Source of the DNA: Owenia fusiformis
Taxonomy: Eukaryota
NCBI GenBank assembly: GCA_903813345.2
Contig: CAIIXF020000001.1
Span: forward strand, 21,142,001-21,206,000
DNA length: 64,000 bases
Direction of reading: 5' to 3'
The translations under genes were made by a program, and so were the position numbers. Below the pieces are notes generated by a model that searched no databases, was not told where the DNA came from, and worked only from the letters and a program-made list of their open reading frames with translations. Position 1 is the first letter of the stretch. The number at the start of each line of letters is the position of its first letter. Below are positions 27,601 to 39,800 of this stretch, one piece after another.

Positions 27601-28940
27601 AAGGTATTATAATGAGAGAAGTATGTAATATTTACTGATGCCCAGTTTTCCAGGGATAATCAAATGGTATATGAATTATGAAGGAAAGTGTATTTCATTA
27701 CTTATGTCTCACACTTACAGCTTTATACATGCGTAGTATGCCCTCAACCTCGATGAATTCTTTTCTGGTTGTTTTATCTTCAGGGATGAAGTTACGAAAA
27801 CATAAAATGGCTGGCTGCGTGAGGTTGACCATTAACCTGTAGAAAATGCATATTCATTTGATTAACAGTGGCGGATCCAGCAATTAACAAGGGGGCCCAA
27901 ATTTTGACTCTGGAAAAAATTTCCGCGATTGCATTTTTAAAAAAATTCTGGGCCCAGGCCCTAAGCCCCCCCCTCCGATCTGCCATTGATTAATATCATA
28001 AATTCAGAATAAATATATGTATGTATTAATAAATAATAAATGTAATCAATGTAAATTTATGTCTAATGATAAATAGACAGGAAAGAGCAACAGGTTCTCA
28101 CCTAGGTAAGGGGAAATTTATAATATTTTTCAAACTTACCTTAGAACAGTCTCAACTAGAATTTTATCATCTTTATATTCTTTAAGGATTGGTATAAGGT
28201 CATTCTGCAGGATCTGGACCTCTCCTAGTTGACGTCTTATGTCACATGTTTCCTCTTCCCTCTTCAGGAATCTGATCAAATCCTTGACCGTTTCTAAAAT
28301 ATTATTGAGCACATATATGTCCAGGGCTCTCGCCAGGCTTTTAGATTGTGGCGCAGCACCACACTCTATTTAGCTCCCTCCACACCCTATTGGCAAATCA
28401 TGACTGTTTCCACAGTCTAAACTTGACTGAATATACAATAATAGCATGTAAAAAGGATAAAACATAACATAAATATGATTTATCACGATTGAACGGTTAC
28501 TCTGAAGATGTTAGCACCACATCCTAAATATTTCCTGGTGAGAGCCCTGATGTTATATCATTTCTAAAGTGTAAACTCAACTTACAGGCTGACATGATTT
28601 TTTAACAAACACCCCTTTTATCCAGTCATTGACCCCACAAATCCATGAAGCCTATGATCAAGATACTATAAATGTGCAATACATATCAATTTTTGATTTG
28701 CCATATATTCAAAGTATCACTCTCTGCAGTATTCAAAACCTCTTTTAATTCCCAGATTCAGAGTTCATTCGACATTTTAAATAATGGTAAAATGGTAACA
28801 ACAGTGGAAAAGGCTATCAATCTCCTGGACTTTTAAAAATTTTACTTACCTAAACAATCTGGTTCTCTGACATACGTATTGCCTTCCTGATATCCCAGGG
28901 CACTGCATGTCGCCTGTAATTCAGTGTTCACCACAGGCAT
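619..28940 (-). CDS. timeless: Timeless (TIM2/timeout, mammalian-type TIMELESS) homolog, 5' part, 18 coding exons; continues past the left edge of the window
   Basis: Exons read with GT-AG ends and matching phases: 28850-28940 ([30 protein letters not shown]), 28140-28293 ([24 protein letters not shown]), 27719-27836 (LMVNLTQPA), 27465-27527, 27039-27140 ([14 protein letters not shown]), 24047-24087 ([14 protein letters not shown]), 23421-23600 ([33 protein letters not shown]), 5711-5779, 5172-5436 ([31 protein letters not shown]), 4652-4764 ([15 protein letters not shown]), 4254-4358, 3809-3912, 3386-3464, 2085-2218, 1790-1952, 1405-1485, 1073-1170, 619-672; about 671 codons. The motifs match my recollection of vertebrate TIMELESS. 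Confidence 0.95.
2274..3165. mobile_element. Non-autonomous hAT-like DNA element with 6-bp TSD
   Basis: TIR CAGTGTTCGCG..CGCGAACACTG; TGAAGG directly repeated on both sides. Confidence 0.8.
6120..9621. mobile_element. 3.5-kb foldback (long-TIR) non-autonomous element
   Basis: About 6120-6840 is near-identical to the reverse complement of about 8900-9621 (mirror ORFs 6572-6841 and 8807-9169); a more diverged inner inverted pair lies at about 6841-7400 / 8150-8745. Confidence 0.85.
10497..12110. mobile_element. Helentron-type (HINE/DINE-1-like) element with a 162-bp core tandem array
   Basis: CCAAAATGGC recurs at 10609, 10771, 10933, 11095, 11257, 11419 and 11581 (period 162); starts AACAAG; ACGG/ACAG microsatellite near 12065-12090. 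Confidence 0.65.
12360..12428. repeat. Helentron-like terminal fragment
   Basis: GACAGACGGAC microsatellite, then hairpin CCCCACACTATGTGGTGGGG, then ACATAAAAA. Confidence 0.5.
13239..14252 (+). CDS. N-terminal ectodomain of the nested GPCR (signal peptide, SMB domain, Cys-rich module)
   Basis: 289-aa ORF plus 48 further in-frame codons after a single TAG. Confidence 0.8.
15585..16170 (+). pseudogene. SGNH/GDSL hydrolase ORF of the YR element (frameshifted)
   Basis: Block I IIGHSFVR, block [12 protein letters not shown] and block [10 protein letters not shown] (about 16092-16118), in different frames. Confidence 0.75.
16330..16920. repeat. AT-rich tandem repeat inside the YR element
   Basis: Recurring ATATCATATGCATTTATT..TCATATTTATATTATGAT units. 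Confidence 0.7.
17020..18760 (+). pseudogene. Decayed gag, largely deleted RT and RNase H of the YR element
   Basis: gag-like [21 protein letters not shown]-like [13 protein letters not shown] and [21 protein letters not shown]; RNase [38 protein letters not shown]; many stops and frameshifts. Confidence 0.75.
18790..19606 (+). pseudogene. Tyrosine recombinase of the YR element (frameshifted)
   Basis: [11 protein letters not shown] (catalytic R), [15 protein letters not shown] (HxxR) and C-terminal YIR (catalytic Y). Confidence 0.88.
20822..22657 (+). CDS. C-terminal part of the nested GPCR (remaining ectodomain + 7TM)
   Basis: Uninterrupted 611 codons; seven hydrophobic helices with secretin-family motifs. 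Confidence 0.9.
   Translation, partial: KNVYCLMCAVQDGFLLDTISCDFVWNEFNNVEVPGWGLAKFSFGILVDYNPSAGNKVGFIFKDNIKTFGCGLTNSENLDCVSYCADGFQYTNGECVLKYHAFDMTLTGRWTTQEFGMISNTKIWQSLKKALLELFLEVLEQCIIEEIKLEPSFNNSSSIYGFIQFDVTGKYKLKVGNMVPLDEIHAKLFNNILTESNSASPKRTNVLIDLNKTCLSLFGERSCWNHGRVTKSGENIVTERNEKTLIFNPSKTNQSAIATSIPLKPYNTTDCPRKLVRPNSVKILANESVLSIDTGNLLSEDEFILVGNMVYVCVNETGEFANWTAVWRYDDTMGLLTIICTTLSLVCMFIRLILQPFVSLFQNFPGKLQFLFILSLFLASLLFLIRPNCTDIKYLCVTLGVLIHWSYLAVFTWTVIIARDMFYIFSPSSFAKSTDTNVSVLKLYALLAWGIPAVIVAISLGLDFSNIDPVFKPMYGREICWISQRYPLLIFFTTPIAIAILVNMGFFIPTAISLWKSMKQRVQSCNQTSEYPFGIYVKLFCLTGLTWIFAFIAPYNIALWYIFIVLNASQGVYIFIAFVLKRKVWDSLTFSKDSKKSKAKTSSSHLSTSSM
24254..26322. mobile_element. Possible Kolobok-derived non-autonomous element with THAP-like remnant
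   Basis: TTAA on both sides; AG..CT termini with an imperfect TIR (12/18 matches); [11 protein letters not shown] (THAP-like N-terminus) at 24512; locally CpG-rich; nested imperfect inverted repeats at about 24589/25353 and 24883/25049. Confidence 0.4.
27866..27988. mobile_element. 123-bp CAG-ended MITE with 5-bp TSD
   Basis: CAGTGGCGGATC..GATCTGCCATTG; ATTAA on both sides. Confidence 0.7.
28322..28549. mobile_element. CAG-ended MITE
   Basis: TIR CAGGGCTCTCGCCAGG / CCTGGTGAGAGCCCTG; flanks ATGTC / ATGTT. Confidence 0.65.
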
Positions 28941-30170
28941 GGCTGCTCAGTAGTAGTAATACACCGGCTGTCAGAAACCTGGAATATCATGATTGTACAT
29001 TATTTACAGGCATTACTTGATTAAGTATATCCCTATATCTTCTGAAAGTGCTTTCATTACCTATACAACTATTCATGGAATTATTTAACAGCTATAAAGC
29101 AACTATTTTCATGGGCTTTTCTTGACTTTTTAAAACCATGCAACATTACGTAGGTCGATTCTAACATAAAGACTCTAAAGGATCATCATATGAGAAAATG
29201 AACTGAAATGACTAGTATACTACTAGGACAACCAAAATAGTAATTTAACCCAAAATAATCAGTTTTAACTAATAATCTCTAGTGTAGACAGGATGAGGCA
29301 GATGAGGCACTTTCGTTTTTGATTCCTTTGTGCATAATATCATCATGTAAAGGGTTATCATCGTGTTCTTCTTTTGCCATCATAATTAATTCACAAATTT
29401 GTATTTCTGTCCATCTTTTAATCTAAATAATGGAAATGTTGAAGTGAAGGCAGAATGAGGCAAACAAGGCGCTTGCCTCATCGCTTTTTGGAACAGGTTT
29501 GGAAATATTTTGCCTCGTCGTTCTTTACTTCCTGGCTATGCCACTGATAATGGATATATTTGGACATGTCATCTTATCAGTAATGTGTTTTTGTAATAAA
29601 ATTTTTGTTAATTGGTCCACTGAATCATGCTGTCACAATTCCAAGCTGTTTTGTCATTTGTTAACATAACAATTGTGTGGTTACCATAACATTGTGATCA
29701 GTAAGAAATAACTAAACCATCACTGATCTTGCGGGGCCAATCTGACTGATCAATCAATGTTATTAGACTATTAACAGTAATTTATCATTTATTTCATAAT
29801 GGTATGAAAATTCTACGGTTGGCTTACAAATGCTGAAAACCACATTTTAAACCTATTGTCATTTTGGGCCATGGGGCATTCCTTGACAAACTCTTGACAT
29901 CAGGTGAAAATTTGTGGAATTGTTTTCCTTTACAATATTTTTCATTGTATCGAAAAAACGATGTGTCTAATTAGAAGTTTCAATAAAGAAATGATATAAA
30001 ACAGTCCGACAAGGTGGCATCATCCTATGATCACAGGGCTTCAAAATCCAGAATATATTCTTTCTTTTTACCCCTTGCGATAAGCAGTTAGCATTTCCCC
30101 GATTAGAACTCGCAATCTGATTGGCTGTCGCAGCACTGCAACAGAAATCATGAAGAGGTCATTGCGCATA

Positions 30171-30412
30171 CAGTTGGGGACAAAAATAAATGACAGGTCG
30201 ATTTTCGATCACCATTTCCTAATTATGGTGGTCTGAAAGCCCATAATTTCCAATATTGTCTAGATACATATCCCTTAAAATTTGTATATTTTACATTTTG
30301 TATAATCTCATCCACTGATTTATGGCCCCTTGTAAATTCTCTTATTTTTAACATGGGAAATCTTATCCTCACTTCAGCAAATCCACCTGTCATTTATTTA
30401 TGTCCCCAACTG
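30171..30412. mobile_element. Tc1/mariner-type MITE
   Basis: TA|CAGTTGGGGACAAAAATAAATGACAGGT .. ACCTGTCATTTATTTATGTCCCCAACTG|TA. Confidence 0.85.
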
Positions 30413-30891
30413 TAATTAGATCACATGATTCAGTTAAATCGGGTGCTTCAAAATTGGTTATAGCAGGGAAGAAGAAGGAGGTACGGAGTCTGGACACCTG
30501 CTTAGGAGGATGAGATGCCATGGATTTCATCCTCGACTTCATTCAGAAGGTCCATGGAGATGGGAATGAACTGTCTACTAAATTGCCCAGTCAAAAGGAG
30601 AGGTGGATACCTCTGCAGGCTGAGACTGCCAAAACTTTCATGACCTAGGAAGAACCATGGACCCCTTTGAGAGAACTAAAGTAAAGAATGAATTTTATCT
30701 TAGGAAAAAAAGAATGAATTTTTATTTTGCCAAAAAATTGTCTTCTGCTTGAAAGTGAAAATCTGGCAAAATGATAAAAAAATGTGCAATCAAACTATTC
30801 ATAAAATATCGTAATAAATCCTTCTAACTCTGGCATACGCCGGAACAACAACTGCATTGTAGACATCGGTAAAGAAAGAGAATAAACTCAC

Positions 30892-30929
30892 CATAAATTC
30901 CCACAAAAATATCAAAATTTGGCGCGGGA
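30892..30929 (-). promoter_or_regulatory. Putative non-coding first exon/donor of timeless, with adjacent E2F site
   Basis: Minus-strand donor ATG|GTGAGT at 30892/30891; TTTGGCGCGGGA at 30918-30929 matches the E2F consensus TTTSSCGC; acceptor of the ATG-containing exon at 28978. Confidence 0.55.
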
Positions 30930-32114
30930 CTTTTCTAAAACGAGGCTACAGCAACAAACGAGGGCGACATCTTTTAAAATTAGAAAAATTGTTAAAGCAC
31001 CCTGTGTGCAATTCACGTTGATCAATAATCCAATATTTTAATCAATTAATACAAGAATTGGATCTGCAGATTCGTCTATTGCAGGTGCCCATTAAGCTTT
31101 ATTTAAATGTACAGGATAAGATAACAAGATGTTTGTCTCTGTCTGCCTCTCTCTAAGACACAGTGCTCTAAGAAATATTTCCCCAATATTAAAGGCTCTT
31201 CCTCCCCTTCCATTACCTTTCAATCATTCAATCAACACCTAGATTTTCACAAGGAATTCTTTTAAAATTAGTAACATGGGTGTATTGTGTTGTTTGTCTT
31301 TGGGGACTTTACTGCCCTCAGTTAAACCTGTCACCACCACACCCACGCTTAAAGTGCTAAGGGATATTAATTTTTTAATTTTTAAATGAACTGAAAGAAA
31401 AATTTGTCACATTTTACAATCTTTTTGTTCTCAACATTTCATGAAATGAATATTTTCTAAAAATTAAGCAGTTCTGGCTTTTTCAGGATACTCCTAATGT
31501 CCTTCAATTGTTAAGGTTAATCAATAAGAAGATCTTCTTAATAAGTAGCCGTCTCGAGTACATGCAGGTGCTTGGTATGCTAACCCAAATGTTTCAAATC
31601 TGGCAATGCCTATTTTTGTTCAAAATATTATTGTTCAATTTAATGACAAACATTCTATTTTAAATCACCTAACTAATATTCAGCATTGAAGCAATTGAAT
31701 TTTATTACATTATATCAAACAAGATCCTTTAAAAGAATTTTTTAAAATGCATAATTTCTTATATAACATTATGATGAGTAATATATAGCCTAAGGTATAA
31801 AGGTTCTAAAATAAGAAATTCAAGGAACTATTAAAGACCCCCCCCCCCCCCCCTTTTCCACACACACACTATAAAAGGTCAACATATTTTTCAACCCTCA
31901 AAGTTGAATAATCATATGTGTAAATACCAGATATATTACTCAGCTTTTATAAAAATTGAAAAAAATCACTTCTCATTCCAAACAATGGAGTAAATGTAGG
32001 CATAATATTGTAACGGATTTGGGTCTTAGGATGTATAATTTCTCAGTTATCTCTGTATTTACATAAAGGCTGAAGGTCCTCATATAGTGGTCAGACTTAA
32101 TTGTCATTTATAAA

Positions 32115-32451
32115 CCAATCATGTATCAGTATCTAGTCTTAGTTCTTGGTTTCATAGAGGCTGATGGTCTTTAGACAGTAGGCACACTTCCATTGTATCT
32201 TTCAACCAATCACTTCACAGTCTGGTCATGTTCAGTCCACTTGAGTTTTGGTGCAAGCAGTCTTTTACTATGGAATATTCTCAGTACAAGTTACATTCTA
32301 ACATTTGTTTCAGTCACTTAACCAATCATTGGCCCATAATTTGCCATGGTCAGTTTTAGGGATGTCTTTTAGTGTTCAATTTAACCAATCAGTGGCTTCA
32401 GTGTCTTGGTCCCTCTGTACAAGCTGCACTTGGGGTCTCAGGGGTATATAA
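32115..32451 (+). promoter_or_regulatory. LTR U3 promoter: four CCAAT boxes and a TATA box (repeated in the 3' LTR at +7578)
   Basis: AACCAATCA with CCAAT at 32115, 32206, 32322 and 32385; TATATAA at 32445. Confidence 0.65.
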
Positions 32452-32963
32452 GTAAATGTTCCCCCTCAGGACCTCAGTCTCGCTCCTGGCTCGCTTGGGT
32501 AAAGGTCTCCAGCTCTGGTACAGTCTTTGTGGATATTTGGACTAGGAATCAATTAAGGAGTTCAGTTTATCAATTAGTCGGATATATATTTGTCACCATC
32601 TTGGGTATTTACTTAAGTCGCAGGCACTTGGTTGTTTTGGGGTGAGTTATCAATGCATTATTTACAGGTACAGTACTTTGAACACATGATTTGTTTGACA
32701 TTATTGTGTGAGATAATTGCAAGCTATCAGTCCAGGTATTGTACTTAGATTTAATTAGTATTGAGGTTACAGGAGTTGTACTTGTATGCATTTCTTATTG
32801 TTATGTAACATGTTCATGTACCTTATGACTTATAATTAAACAATATAGTAACGTTGATTATTGTTGACCTCAAACCTAAACGTTTTGTTTGACACTTATT
32901 ATTAAATCAACCCCCACGAAACTGCACAAACCCCAACACAACACCTTGGGTCGTTACATAATT

Positions 32964-32981
32964 TGGCGCAGTCGGCAGGAT
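32964..32981 (+). other. Primer-binding site complementary to the tRNA-Ser 3' end
   Basis: TGGCGCAGTCGGCAGGAT, 5 nt after the 5' LTR; resembles the tRNA-Ser PBS of Drosophila 17.6/297. Confidence 0.8.
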
Positions 32982-33204
32982 TTAAATGTAATTTATTGCA
33001 TTTATTGGTTACTTCCATGTAACTACGTACTTGGGCATTCTATTTCCATTAATTTGCTTTGATCGCTGAAACACTGGTAATTACTTATATTGTCATCACG
33101 CTCTAATTTTTTTGTTAGGTGTGCTATTTTAAGTGTACATTAATCGCAAGTATATGGGTTACCAACTTTGAGCGTGGTCGCTCTTAGGTATATTTTTTAG
33201 CGTA

Positions 33205-33595
33205 TTGGTTATTTTTTTGGTGTATACTTATTCCGTTTACGGAATTTCGGTTTGGACAGAAACAGCAATATATCTAGTTAGATAAAAGAGTGTACTATTT
33301 TCCCGATCTGCGGGAGTCCAAACAGAAGTGTCTGTCCAATGCACAGCACGGGTATATATTTTTTATTTTTTCAAGTGTCCTTCATAGGAACATTGGTTAT
33401 TTTTTTGGTGTATACTTATTCCGTTTACGGAATTTCGGTTTGGACAGAAACAGCAATATATCTAGTTAGATAAAAGAGTGTACTATTTTCCCGATCTGCG
33501 GGGATCCAAACAGAAGTGTCTGTCCAATGCACAGCACGGGTATATATTTTTTATTTTTCAAGTGTCCTTCATAGGAACGATGGTTATTTTTTTGG
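33205..33595. repeat. 188-bp tandem duplication inside the LTR element
   Basis: TGTATACTTATTCCGTTTACGG at 33221 and 33409. Confidence 0.85.
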
Positions 33596-34059
33596 TGGTA
33601 TCTTTTTGTGTACTGGTGTTTATTTTTATTTTTTTCTGAAATATTTGAAATAAGCACAACCTTAAACAAACCAAAGCAAAGAGCCATTATATTCCATCTT
33701 AACCAGAAACCAGTGTTTTCAAAGCTTTATCTTGGTGCCCAGTTTTAATAATAATTCTTCTCGAAAATTTTGAATTTTGAAAATTGGGAATTATTTAGAG
33801 TCTTTTTAGCCAATTGCTAAATAGCACAGCACAACCAGATTTGTTCTGACAGAGATATTAATTACTACATTGTGATCTGTATATAAGGTATAGCCAAGAG
33901 CATTTGAATTTGCTTTTAATGGGATGTGTTTGTTTTGCATCAGACAGTCAGAGGATAACAGTTGTTTAAAAACAAAGCCACAAATTAAAATTGGTAAATA
34001 GTAGTTATGCCCAGTGGAGCCAGGAGCGACATTCCCAATTCAAGGGTAGGAATTGGTAT

Positions 34060-34770
34060 GGTTATCAAAAATATATTTATGTGCATTAGTGTGTACATTG
34101 TGTAGTATATCCCAGTCGAGTACCCAGGGTCACGAAAACAATGTGTAAAATAAAAAAAGGGAAAGTGTTATCAAAATATGCAATGAAAAGAAAGGGTATC
34201 AAGATGTGTTATGCGCATTTGTGTATGTATTGAGGAGTGTATCCCAGCCAAGTATCAAAGGTTAATGAAAACAATGTGTCCCAGGCAATGTGAAAACTCA
34301 GAAAGGGAGAGAGTAATCAAAAAAATATGTCTGAAAGGGAATGGTATCAAAAATATGTTATGCGCATTTGTGTGTGTATTGGGGACTATATCCCAGCCGA
34401 GTATCCCAGTCCCAGGTTAATGAAAACAATGTGTCCCAGGCAATGTGTAAACTAAATAGGGAGAGAGTTATCAAAAATATGTCATGAAATTAAAGGGAAA
34501 GGTATCAAAAATATGTTATGCGCATTTGTGTGTGTATTGGGGAGTATATCCCAGCCGAGTATCCCAGTCCCAGGTTAATGAAAACAATGTGTCCCAGGCA
34601 ATGTGTAAACTAAGAAAGGGAGAGGGTTATCAAAAATATGTCATGAAAGGGAAAGGTATCAAAAATATGTTATGCGCATTTGTGCATTTGTGTGTGTATT
34701 GGGAGTATATCCCAGCCGAGTATCCTAGCCCCAGATTCATGAAAACAATGTGTACCAATGTGTAAACTCA
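34060..34770. repeat. About 157-bp tandem array inside the LTR element
   Basis: AAAACAATGTGT recurs at about 34136, 34268, 34423, 34581 and 34742. Confidence 0.8.
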
Positions 34771-35539
34771 AAAGGCAGATTCCCATGGTTGCAGTTGTGC
34801 CTCTGCTAGGTACAGGTCATAAGTGTCTCCAGTTATATAAAGTCTATCAGTAATTGTCAATTGATAGACATTGTCCCATTCATCCCTATAGGGAAAGAGA
34901 AGTTCCACAAATGTATCAAATTCACATTCTAGAGTTTATGAGCAAGTAAAGGAAAGTGCATTGATTAGACTGAAATATGAATAAGTAATGGAGTGTGAAT
35001 AATCAGAGTTTATAATGAATGAACCATATTCCAGTTCAAAGGGTGGTTTATTTGTTGTGAAGAGTATAAGTATGAATGTGATTATCAGGATCACATTGCT
35101 CTCATTGACCCATTGACCAGGTATAACAAATCTAAATCCCATGAAAGTAAAGTACACAAGTGTGTTCAGATAAAATGACCAGAGCTGTCAATCAAAATTT
35201 ACATAAGTGTGCTACCATAAATTGCCCCTCCCCCTGGTGTCTGTGGGAATGGTGATTTGGTTTTTGTTTGGGTTTCCAGAAGACAAATAAACAGAAATGA
35301 ATAATGCAGATACAGCCCCCTCACTTTGGTGGTATCAGGTAACAAGGGATCTCATTAGAGTACCTGAATAAATCAAAATATGATATAATCGATATGTGTG
35401 CCCTTAATGACTTAATAAATGTGCAGAAATTAATTAAGCATGTATGGATTGAAAATTAATGGTAAAAGGAATGGTAATTGATATTCATTGAAAGTTGAGA
35501 TTTGTTCAGGATCTCCCAGGGATTGTCAAAGGATACATG

Positions 35540-36888
35540 CAGTGGCGTAGGAACAATGTACGCCAAAACGCCAGTGCGTAGTGTTGAAAAGTGAGAATAA
35601 AAAAGAATTTTCCTATGTTCTTTAGTCATATTTTCTCATTGTTCATAAATTGTAAAGTAATCTCGAGCACACTAGCCTAAAGAAATGTTTTGTGGATACC
35701 ATATCATTATTGGTCTGTCTGGAAAATATCATTTAACAGATTGAATTCCCTTACCAACATGCTTTATTTCATGAAAATCAAGCCACTATTGAATGTCTTA
35801 TGAATACAATTTTGCCAAATATTCGTGAATCGCGTTCTCTTCACGAATTTGAGAGGAAAACAGTTTTTTTTCAAAAACTACTTGATGAATACCTTTGACA
35901 TTTTTCTGCATTTTCCGTAATGCGTATGCAAACTATGGTATCATATAATTATAATGACGAATCTCTTTAAATTTAGATGTACATTTTTTTATTCTCCCCT
36001 ACCCCAATTTTTCAATTTCACTATCGATTTATATTCCGTTGCTATGCAAAATCATACTCATAGACACGAAATTATAGTTAAGTCAACAATTATCTATTTT
36101 CTTACTAAATCACTAATTGTTATTGGTAGTACTTTTTGAAATATGGATGTTAAAGACAAAAACAACTTGAAAATGCTGATTATTCAATTACACGTTCCAT
36201 TGATTTCAGTTCTAGAAAAGCGATTACCTATTTTTTTTTCATTTGAAAAATAATAGATTCTTGTTTTATAACATTTTTGGCACCCCCTAAGTCACGTTAA
36301 CCTCGATTTGACCTTTGTGGTGGGTGTGTTTATTTGTTTCATTGATCACGAATGCGTTTCTTTATATCAATTGATCAAACTAGTTTCTTTAATCTGTACG
36401 TATTGTATTACACGGTACACGATGGAATCAGACAATACTATATATCTTAATTCAATTATTCGAAAATGATTAAAAAATCTCTAATTGTTTTTTGGAAATT
36501 GGTCGTCTCAATCGTTCGAGACATTTGCAAAGTGAGAATGATTTGTGTCGAGATTTAAAAGATAGGCTTTCCAAGGTGATTTTAAATGATGAAAATCATT
36601 TGAACATTTTAAAGCACATTAAAAAGGTATCAGGGATTTAAAGCTTGCATATAAAATCGAAACGCCAACCTATACGTATGACCAATCGCCCATATAAATG
36701 CATCGCTTAAGTATTTCCGTTCACATTTAGGTTGTGAAAAACATTGCAAGCTTAAAATCTGTTACCATAAAATGACGTTTTACAAGCATAATATAGGCGT
36801 TTTGATATAGAATATTGACACAATTGTTTCATTTTTTTTTGGCGGGATTTTTGGCGTAGTGTTGCATTTACACCTTCCTACGCCCCTG
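35540..36888. mobile_element. hAT-like non-autonomous element (5-bp TSD) nested in the LTR element
   Basis: TIR CAGTGGCGTAGGAA / TTCCTACGCCCCTG; ACATG on both sides. Confidence 0.8.
36638..36755. mobile_element. About 110-bp TTAA-flanked mini-element, copy 1
   Basis: AAGCTTGCA..TGCAAGCTT ends; near-identical copy at 52320-52430. Confidence 0.75.
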
Positions 36889-39800
36889 ACATGTGAATGA
36901 TATTAGTACATGTGTAACTCATAAAGATGAGAGGTGGCCACCTTTTTTTAGTAGAATCAGATCAGATCAGAACAGACAGCCGACAGCCGACAGTTAGAAT
37001 AAACAGATTAAAAGCAGTAAACAGCAGCAGAAATATATACAGCAGATAGTCAGAATAATCAAGCAGAACAATCAGAATTAGTGTTGATTTAATTCACCAA
37101 TCAAGTTTAAGCCAGATATGTGCCAGTTGCACACTGGTGATCTCATTCACTTTGATGAGACACAGAAATTCAAGTGTAGAAACCAATTCAGGTAGTTAGT
37201 CAGTTAGTCAGACAGTTGATTCATGTGGTAATTCACAAACAGTTAAGCATCTTTGTGCTTTAATGACACATGTACTCTATCATACAATCCTATTTGATTC
37301 AATGAAGTGTGTGCACCACTGAGAAAGTTATATCAAAAGGCAACCCTGGTAAAATATTCGAAAGGTAATAGGTAATTTTTGTAGCTTACTAATTGATTTA
37401 GTCCATATAAACTTTTAATGGGTAGGGCTAGGTTCATTAGTTGGTGATAAAATTTGCTTTAATGTTATGGAACATTAATTATTCAAATTACTACCATTGT
37501 AGAATGGATTATGATTATTAGGGACTTATAAGTGTGTAATGAAACTAAAGACTGTTAACTGATGCAAGATAAGTAAAGTAGAAAAAGTTTAGTTCAAGTA
37601 ATGCAATGCAAGTGGGAATTCTAATGCAATGCAAAAAGGAGTAAAAGTAGTAGTTCTTAATGAAGTATGTTGATAGGAAGAGTAAAGGTCGAAATTAGTT
37701 TCAGTTATATTCTTATAATTCTTGTAAAAGTAAGACAGAGATTAAGTATTAGAGAGCGAGGCACCTGCAATGTTTACAGACACTAGTCATGCTAGTGGGT
37801 ATAATATGTTATATGAAGTTATGTAATGCAGACAATGTAGGGTACAGCATATTGAATTCAAATTAATTAAATATTTCTATGAGAGTACTTGGATATCTGT
37901 AGTTTGCTTTTTTTGGAATTTCAATTATGAAAACAATTATCTATTGTTTTGGTCAAGAGTTGTATCACCGCTTTTCAGTCTGATCAGCTGATGGCATGGT
38001 ACTGCTTTTCTTAAATTTTCTGAAACTCATAGTAACTTTTTTACGAATTAAAAAAAACAGAGTATTTTTGTCATATGTTTGTTATAGATAGTATGCATGC
38101 ATGCATAAATAATTATGTAAAGGGCCCTCATAGAATAGTCATACTTTTTATTTGAAGTAATTGCAAATTAGGCCTAGTGGTGAACAATCATAATGTACTC
38201 ATAAGTTTAACATTAATTATTTGATAGAGCATGTAAAGTAATATAAATAGTTTGTAATTGATACTAATCTACTAATACATTAACAATTATTAACATTACT
38301 AATCCCGAAGCAGAAAACATACCTGGGCGGATGAACAATTGGACTTCATGGTGGAATTAACGAACTGAAATGCCTTGTGAAACATGATTCAAGAACATTT
38401 GTAGCTGATCAGATGGATTATTTTTATACCAAAATGGAATTGACATTCACACATCACTCATCACATATCACAATACAGTGTGTTGCAAAATGAACGCTGA
38501 AGTGTGATACCTTTTGGTTTTAAAACAACCTACCCAGTGACCATGTGGACCGGATTACAGAATGCGTAATTGTCATTTATATTAATGATTATGGATATGA
38601 GAGAACAGTGAGATTATGATACATCGACACGCAATATCGGAACCTATGTGATTTTGTGGCTCCACCCACATATAATATTGAATATGTGCCTATGATTTGG
38701 ATTAAAACATTGGATTACAAATGAGATTACCACAATGATATGCAACAAAGATTGGGGTTGCTGAGACTTGACACAAGATACTATCATGTATGTTCAGTGC
38801 TAATAATATTGTTGATGCAGTACCAAATACCAGCCGTGTGACCTCTTGACCCTGAGAGACAGTTCATCATGTTTATACTGTGAATGCTAGTTACTGTACA
38901 ATGATGGTTCAATTTCAGGCCATGTTTATTTACTTATGGTAATTTATTGGTCATCTTTACATGGATTGTTTAGTTATGGAAATTTAGATTTACTTTATGT
39001 CACAATTGCTTTGAGATGATAATTTTGAAGGCCAAATTTACTATGATTTGTTATTGTATTTACCAACTCAGTTATAGTGTAATATTCTTCGTTAATGTAA
39101 ACAAAAGGGCTTTATTTGAAACTGTTGTCATTTTTATTTCAATTTTGCAATCAATTATTTTATTGAGAGATTATATAGGCAATTTAAGATATAGATGTTT
39201 ATTAATCACTGTTTGTGTTTTATATAATTATCAATTGCATGATATTGTATAATTTGCACTTAAATGCTGATGGTCTCTATTGAATTGACAGTGTAAGTTG
39301 TACTTTGATACTTTATATTTTGGCAATCTTGGAAAAGTAAAATCTTGAGCATTACAGATAGTGGTTGTCAACTAGGACTATGTTACATTAAGTATATTTG
39401 TCCAGTTAGGGGAGGTTAGATCTGTCATGATTACAAATGTTAAAATATCATTGTATTTTGATTTTATTTTGTGTGTAAAGGTATATATCAATGTATTTGT
39501 CAAATCCGTTACTTTAATATTATTATATTGTTTTGATGTTACTTGAAGATCGAGGACGATCTTATTTTTCATTGGTGGGGGGGTGGTGTAACGGATTTGG
39601 GTCTTAGGATGTATAATTTCTCAGTTATCTCTGTATTTACATAAAGGCTGAAGGTCCTCATATAGTGGTCAGACTTAATTGTCATTTATAAACCAATCAT
39701 GTATCAGTATCTAGTCTTAGTTCTTGGTTTCATAGAGGCTGATGGTCTTTAGACAGTAGGCACACTTCCATTGTATCTTTCAACCAATCACTTCACAGTC

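Noticed and set aside
30464-30682. Coding-like stretch (MDFILDFIQKVHGDG..) near the timeless promoter
   Set aside because: Short, contains stops, and I could not link it to any gene
32406-32791. ORFs duplicated at 39984-40369
   Set aside because: They lie within the LTRs and are identical only because the LTRs are
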